Virus genome (UHGV): UHGV-0040698 | Direction: 5' to 3' (one strand) | Source of the DNA: a virus | DNA: 20,193 nucleotides | In this document: one piece after another, positions 16,083-20,193 of the stretch | Position numbering within the stretch: the first letter of the stretch is position 1 | Layout of the letters: every line of letters begins with the position of its first letter | The notes under the pieces: model-generated | The model's database searches: none | Seen by the model: the letters and a program-made list of their open reading frames with translations, nothing else | What the model was told of the DNA's origin: nothing | Program-made: the position numbers and the translations under genes

Positions 16083-16342
16083 CATCCAGTTAGCTGTATT
16101 AGCTCAGGCTCGAACTGACAGTTTGCGTAGGCAAAATGCAACCAAATCTGACAGTCTGCTTTGAGCGAGGAGCGGACGTTAGTAATTGTATCGTCGTGGG
16201 CGCATTATTATTTTTCTATTCAACTAAATGTGATAGGGGTGTCTTTTAGTGTTGTTTCTATTGTTCACAAAGGCTTCAATTTGATATGAAGCCCTTATTT
16301 AAGAATTTAGGGCTAGGATGCTTTTGCGTAGCATTGCTATTA

Positions 16343-17296
16343 TTATTTAGGGCGGGCTGATGTTAATGTCGCTAGCAAGGTTGGCATGAACCATTCTCTA
16401 ACAAGCTCCTCATACATATTTGAAAGATTTGTTAACTTATGCCAAACCACTTCGGAACAGTAACTCAAAAAATGTTCATAATGTTCAGGTTTTACCTCTT
16501 TATCAATATCTATTTGAAGTTGGATCAACTCCTTTTGGCTCGATACCATCGGCTTCCAAAATTCATGACCAGACCATATATCTTGTCTAAGAGCAATTAC
16601 AATAAAGTTATTTACCATCTCTATAGCTTCATCGAAAGAGACAGGAAATTGTACGGCCGCTTTACCTTGTAATCGGTTTATTTCTTTTAATTGATAGTTA
16701 AAAAGTGAGAATGCGCCATACATTTTTGATCTTTTACCATATGCACGTAATGGAACAAGCGCATCTTCATCATCCAGAATTTCATTTTCAAGAGGTATAT
16801 ATATAGTCTTTGAGTCTTTTTTAGAATAATTCGGGTCTTCTGGTATGAGAACTTTATCTATGTAATCATTAAGGCAAATAAAAAATGCCTTTTCTGTATT
16901 AGTGTCAACTAGTATCAATAATACTGGAATTGCAATACCTATAGACTGAACAGTCAAAATGTCTGATATATCTAACTTGAATTTTGCGACAGGGATTTCG
17001 ACAAAATCGCTTTTATCTTCTGTTAACTTTCCTTTGGTTACATTTCCACGAGCATAGGCTTTACGTGTACAATATTCAATACAATCTGAAGATTTTAGTT
17101 GTACAAAGAAGTTTTCACCAAGGGTTTCTGCAATACTTTCACTGTCATCAATAAAATCAAATAATTCAACAACGCAATCAATACCATAGTCAGCGCCATA
17201 GCTATGTACGACCCATTCGCGAGGTAGTTTTTCCCGCAGAACCCTGATTGAAATGTCTTCTTTTACCTGGCTAATAGACCGTCTTTTCTTTGGCAT
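16343..17296 (-). CDS. DUF4365-like (PD-(D/E)xK nuclease-like N-terminus) protein, 317 aa
   Basis: Strong GGAGG SD; N-terminal HSYGADYGIDCVVELFD...FFVQLKSS pattern resembling DUF4365; AT-rich. Confidence 0.65.
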   Translation of the reverse strand: MPKKRRSISQVKEDISIRVLREKLPREWVVHSYGADYGIDCVVELFDFIDDSESIAETLGENFFVQLKSSDCIEYCTRKAYARGNVTKGKLTEDKSDFVEIPVAKFKLDISDILTVQSIGIAIPVLLILVDTNTEKAFFICLNDYIDKVLIPEDPNYSKKDSKTIYIPLENEILDDEDALVPLRAYGKRSKMYGAFSLFNYQLKEINRLQGKAAVQFPVSFDEAIEMVNNFIVIALRQDIWSGHEFWKPMVSSQKELIQLQIDIDKEVKPEHYEHFLSYCSEVVWHKLTNLSNMYEELVREWFMPTLLATLTSARPK

Positions 17297-17472
17297 GTTA
17301 CCTCCTAAAATTACAAATTAAAAAACAGATCTTACACTCGAATGCTTAAAATGTCCGCTTCTGACACAGGGCTGCTGTTGCAGCCCTGACAACCTCGTAA
17401 CATTCCCCCCTTCATTATTAGTTTTAAATCTTGTCAATTTTCTTCTTTCAAGAATATGCTTGCATCAAGCAA

Positions 17473-18867
17473 TCACGGCTTTTCCTTGGCTTTGAGTTTA
17501 TCGGCGACATCTGGAACAATACTAAACTCGGTTACTGATGCAAGTACCTGGTTTTTCCATTGGGTCTCACAGATGATCTCTCCATTGTGTTCAAACCAAT
17601 GTGTTGCCCCCGGCAGGAAATCATGGGACATTGGATAAGCAGCATTAGGGTTATGAAATACTTCAAGTTCAAAACACCAAAATTCTTTGCCATCGCAAAG
17701 ATTAATATATTCAGGCGATTGAATATCTAGATCGAAGTCAATTGGTTCCAAGGCCCCTTCAGTCCTATCAAATAAAATCCCAACCCTGCGGGCTTTCACA
17801 ATAGGTGAGGAAAATTCAGCTTGGATTGCCATTCGCTGGAATTTTGGCAATGTTCCAGCATTACTAAACAAGATAGCAGATAAATTTTCAATCTCTGGGT
17901 GGTTAAATAGTCCTGCCGGAATATTTACATGGCCTAAAAGCTTTTCAATTGATAATGCAGCAGCCTTCATACCTTTGGATGTTTTGACTGTATGTGCGGT
18001 TTGCCCATACAAATAGGTTGGAAGTGACTCGCGAGACCAGACCATAGTGCCCCCACCGCTAAAATCCGCTATAGCGATTGCAAATGGAAATCCTTTAACA
18101 TGCGGTAGTTCTTCATACTTTCTCTGGAGTTTAGATCTGATGGTCTTAGCGAACCGTGCTGCCATATCACCTGCTGTGCGAGCTAATCGATCTCCGGGGG
18201 GGAATTGTGTTTGAGGCAACTTTAGGCTGCCCGGACCAGTTGGATTCGCGGTGACCGCCTCAACATATGCTTTGTTATTACCGTTCATGAGCATAAAATC
18301 CGGAGATGGATAATCTTGAAAAACTTTAATTCCCTGCTCTTTAAAACATGCGAAAAGGTATAGCTCCCAGATTCTAGAGTTGAATCCTTGGGTCTGGAGA
18401 TCGGTTCTGAAGTTATCATCAGGTTTTGGTAATGCCAGATAGAGCTCGACAATTAAATGAAATGCTCCTCGGTACTTTATCGTGGACGATAATTGTATAA
18501 ATGCCTGACAAACATTCCGCTCACCAACATGATCCAGTCGGGCTCTACGTGATTGCCCAGATGGAATCGGTAATAAATCTCCTCCGGCTGAAAGGTGCTT
18601 ATCAAGATGCACCAATGCCTCCTGCTCGGTAAAACACATCTCATGCTCGAGAGGTACCAGCACATAATCTTCCCGTCGCCTGAGCACAACAAGGCCATAT
18701 GAATTTTTGCTGTATTGAAGGACTGCACCATATCCAAGCCCTTTTTCATTTGACCAAGCGGAAAGTAATTCCGCATTACCATAATTAGGCCCATGTGGCA
18801 ATGACATTGCAAATATCTTAAATGCTTCAGTAGGCATTCTTTGTAGGCTATAGATCTTATTAGACAT
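17473..18867 (-). CDS. Hypothetical protein (464 aa), second gene of a two-gene operon
   Basis: GGAGAG SD 8 nt before ATG 18867 (the track's ATG 18873 is only 2 nt from the SD); 22 nt after the upstream gene; no named motif. Confidence 0.65.
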   Translation of the reverse strand: MSNKIYSLQRMPTEAFKIFAMSLPHGPNYGNAELLSAWSNEKGLGYGAVLQYSKNSYGLVVLRRREDYVLVPLEHEMCFTEQEALVHLDKHLSAGGDLLPIPSGQSRRARLDHVGERNVCQAFIQLSSTIKYRGAFHLIVELYLALPKPDDNFRTDLQTQGFNSRIWELYLFACFKEQGIKVFQDYPSPDFMLMNGNNKAYVEAVTANPTGPGSLKLPQTQFPPGDRLARTAGDMAARFAKTIRSKLQRKYEELPHVKGFPFAIAIADFSGGGTMVWSRESLPTYLYGQTAHTVKTSKGMKAAALSIEKLLGHVNIPAGLFNHPEIENLSAILFSNAGTLPKFQRMAIQAEFSSPIVKARRVGILFDRTEGALEPIDFDLDIQSPEYINLCDGKEFWCFELEVFHNPNAAYPMSHDFLPGATHWFEHNGEIICETQWKNQVLASVTEFSIVPDVADKLKAKEKP

Positions 18868-18889
18868 TTTCATCTCTCCATAGATAATC

Positions 18890-19942
18890 CTAAAATTCAG
18901 TTAAATTGAAGCTTCCTTGATTTAGATGACATATTTCTGGGACGACCGATTCTGATATACCTTCACTTTCATGAATCCCTAGTGTTACTACTGTACTAAG
19001 CTCAGGAAACAATCTTCTCTTTGTTTTTGGTTTAATTTTTATATGTGAGATCATCTCCAAAAATCTGGAGGTTGTATAAATTGTGTCATAATGAGCAGAT
19101 CCTTCGCCATCGTCATACCATGAGCCTGTATCCACTACTACAGTGTTAAGTAATGGTGCTATTAAATTGAAATTATCAGTGCGAATAGAGACTGCAAACT
19201 TGAAGGGATAAGAATCTTGCTGTGCAAAGTAATCCTCACCACGCCCGTATTGCCTAGTAATTTCAACTATTCCGCGCACCAAAAGATAAATATAATTTTC
19301 GTCAAGGTTCAGCAACTCAATGGATTCAACATTGCACCAATCAACAGTTGTTTGTGAAGATAATATATCCAGTTCGTCAGGGATATTATTCATTGTGATG
19401 TCAGTAACTTCATTCTGTACTTCCTCGATTATTGATTCGGTAATAACACGCTCAAGTTCATCGAAGGTATCGAATATTATGTTACACAGTTCTATTATTA
19501 GTTTAGCACTCTCAAAAAACTGTTTGGGGTTACTATCAAATGAATGTTCGCTAATATGGGTGTAATCGTTTAAAGAAGAATAGTTTTTATTGAACCATGC
19601 TATACCATCATCTAGTCTTTCGATAGCTACATCATCAAGAAGTTGATCGGGTATATGCTTCTGGGCGATGTATTTTGCTTGCTGTTTACGGGTAACAGTG
19701 GCGTTATTTTTGTTTTTAGTGAACCATGGAGACGCCATAACTCTGTCATTTGGTGCCAGTCGTTTCAGCACATGATTTATTAGCTCACGTATTGCAAATG
19801 CAAAGTTGTTGAAGCGCAGAGGATTACCATGAGAACAATAGTTGCGAAGACTGGCATGTAAGAGTTCATGCTCAAAGTCAGTTTCTAGGTGCTCTTGAAA
19901 CTCCTTGATGAAATCCATTTCAAGCATTTTTTTTAGTTTCAT
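18890..19942 (-). CDS. Hypothetical protein with HEPN-like R-x4-H motif (350 aa)
   Basis: ATG at 19942; N-terminal FAFAIRELINHVL contains R-x4-H; AT-rich; first gene of the operon. Confidence 0.6.
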   Translation of the reverse strand: MKLKKMLEMDFIKEFQEHLETDFEHELLHASLRNYCSHGNPLRFNNFAFAIRELINHVLKRLAPNDRVMASPWFTKNKNNATVTRKQQAKYIAQKHIPDQLLDDVAIERLDDGIAWFNKNYSSLNDYTHISEHSFDSNPKQFFESAKLIIELCNIIFDTFDELERVITESIIEEVQNEVTDITMNNIPDELDILSSQTTVDWCNVESIELLNLDENYIYLLVRGIVEITRQYGRGEDYFAQQDSYPFKFAVSIRTDNFNLIAPLLNTVVVDTGSWYDDGEGSAHYDTIYTTSRFLEMISHIKIKPKTKRRLFPELSTVVTLGIHESEGISESVVPEICHLNQGSFNLTEF

Positions 19943-20059
19943 ATAAGTGCCTAATTATCAATTGATTGTGGGCTAAATAGCCTGCTTTTATGTTACAGAA
20001 CATACTGGTTCATTGGATAGTTGAAGCTGGATAAAAATGCACGGTTACTTAGATTAAGT

Positions 20060-20090
20060 AATCAAGAATCAAGAATCAAGAATCAAGAAT
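20060..20090. repeat. Heptanucleotide tandem repeat (AATCAAG)x4 plus partial copy
   Basis: Four perfect AATCAAG units and a partial AAT, about 120-150 bp upstream of the start codon at 19942. Confidence 0.8.
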
Positions 20091-20193
20091 GTCGGACTTT
20101 AAAAGTAATAGTTTCCCATATCTGTATCCAGTCACTGTGACCTGCCCCCACGATTAGATACAACACTCAGTTAGTAACGTCGGAATCTTCATT

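Larger units (their letters stand above)
13807..20193. mobile_element. Second integrase-led island with AT-rich accessory cargo (right boundary outside window)
   Basis: Begins immediately after the thrW-derived core with its own tyrosine integrase, followed by compositionally distinct genes of unknown function. Confidence 0.5.

Noticed and set aside
1-20193. Insertion sequences or transposases
   Set aside because: No DDE or HTH transposase-like ORF and no terminal inverted repeats were seen; the only mobility genes are the two tyrosine integrases and the excisionase-like ORF.

Overview
The window reads as two adjacent integrated elements in an Enterobacteriaceae (E. coli-like) chromosome. 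Everything below is from reading the sequence and ORF track by eye; no database search or folding was run, so family names are motif-level recognition. (1) Positions ~1-13806 are the early/regulatory half of a lambdoid prophage. A long minus-strand operon runs 7944->1649 (Cro-like, CII/YdaT-like, replication initiator with internal iterons, PerC-like, phage Dam methyltransferase, LexA-DNA-binding-domain-only protein, RusA, KilA-N antirepressor-like gene behind a LexA box, DUF968, Q antiterminator). A divergent plus-strand cI-like S24 repressor is followed by a repressor-controlled operon with a DicF-like sRNA candidate, a yfdP-Q-R-S-T-like block, and xis-int ending at a 49-nt 3' fragment of tRNA-Thr(CGU) (thrW att core). 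No lysis or structural genes follow Q; instead an AT-rich convergent two-gene module (310-aa protein + 4-TM membrane protein, RexA/RexB-like architecture) sits at 206-1605. (2) From ~13807 to the window end is a second integrase-led island with AT-rich cargo: an integrase-membrane protein-small protein operon, then three minus-strand genes (HEPN-like R-x4-H protein, a 464-aa unknown, a DUF4365-like nuclease-like protein) preceded by a heptanucleotide tandem repeat. This three-gene cargo and the Rex-like module are the best candidates for an undescribed defence system. Several ORF-track starts are GTG/TTG; I moved them to ATG codons with Shine-Dalgarno support where stated.
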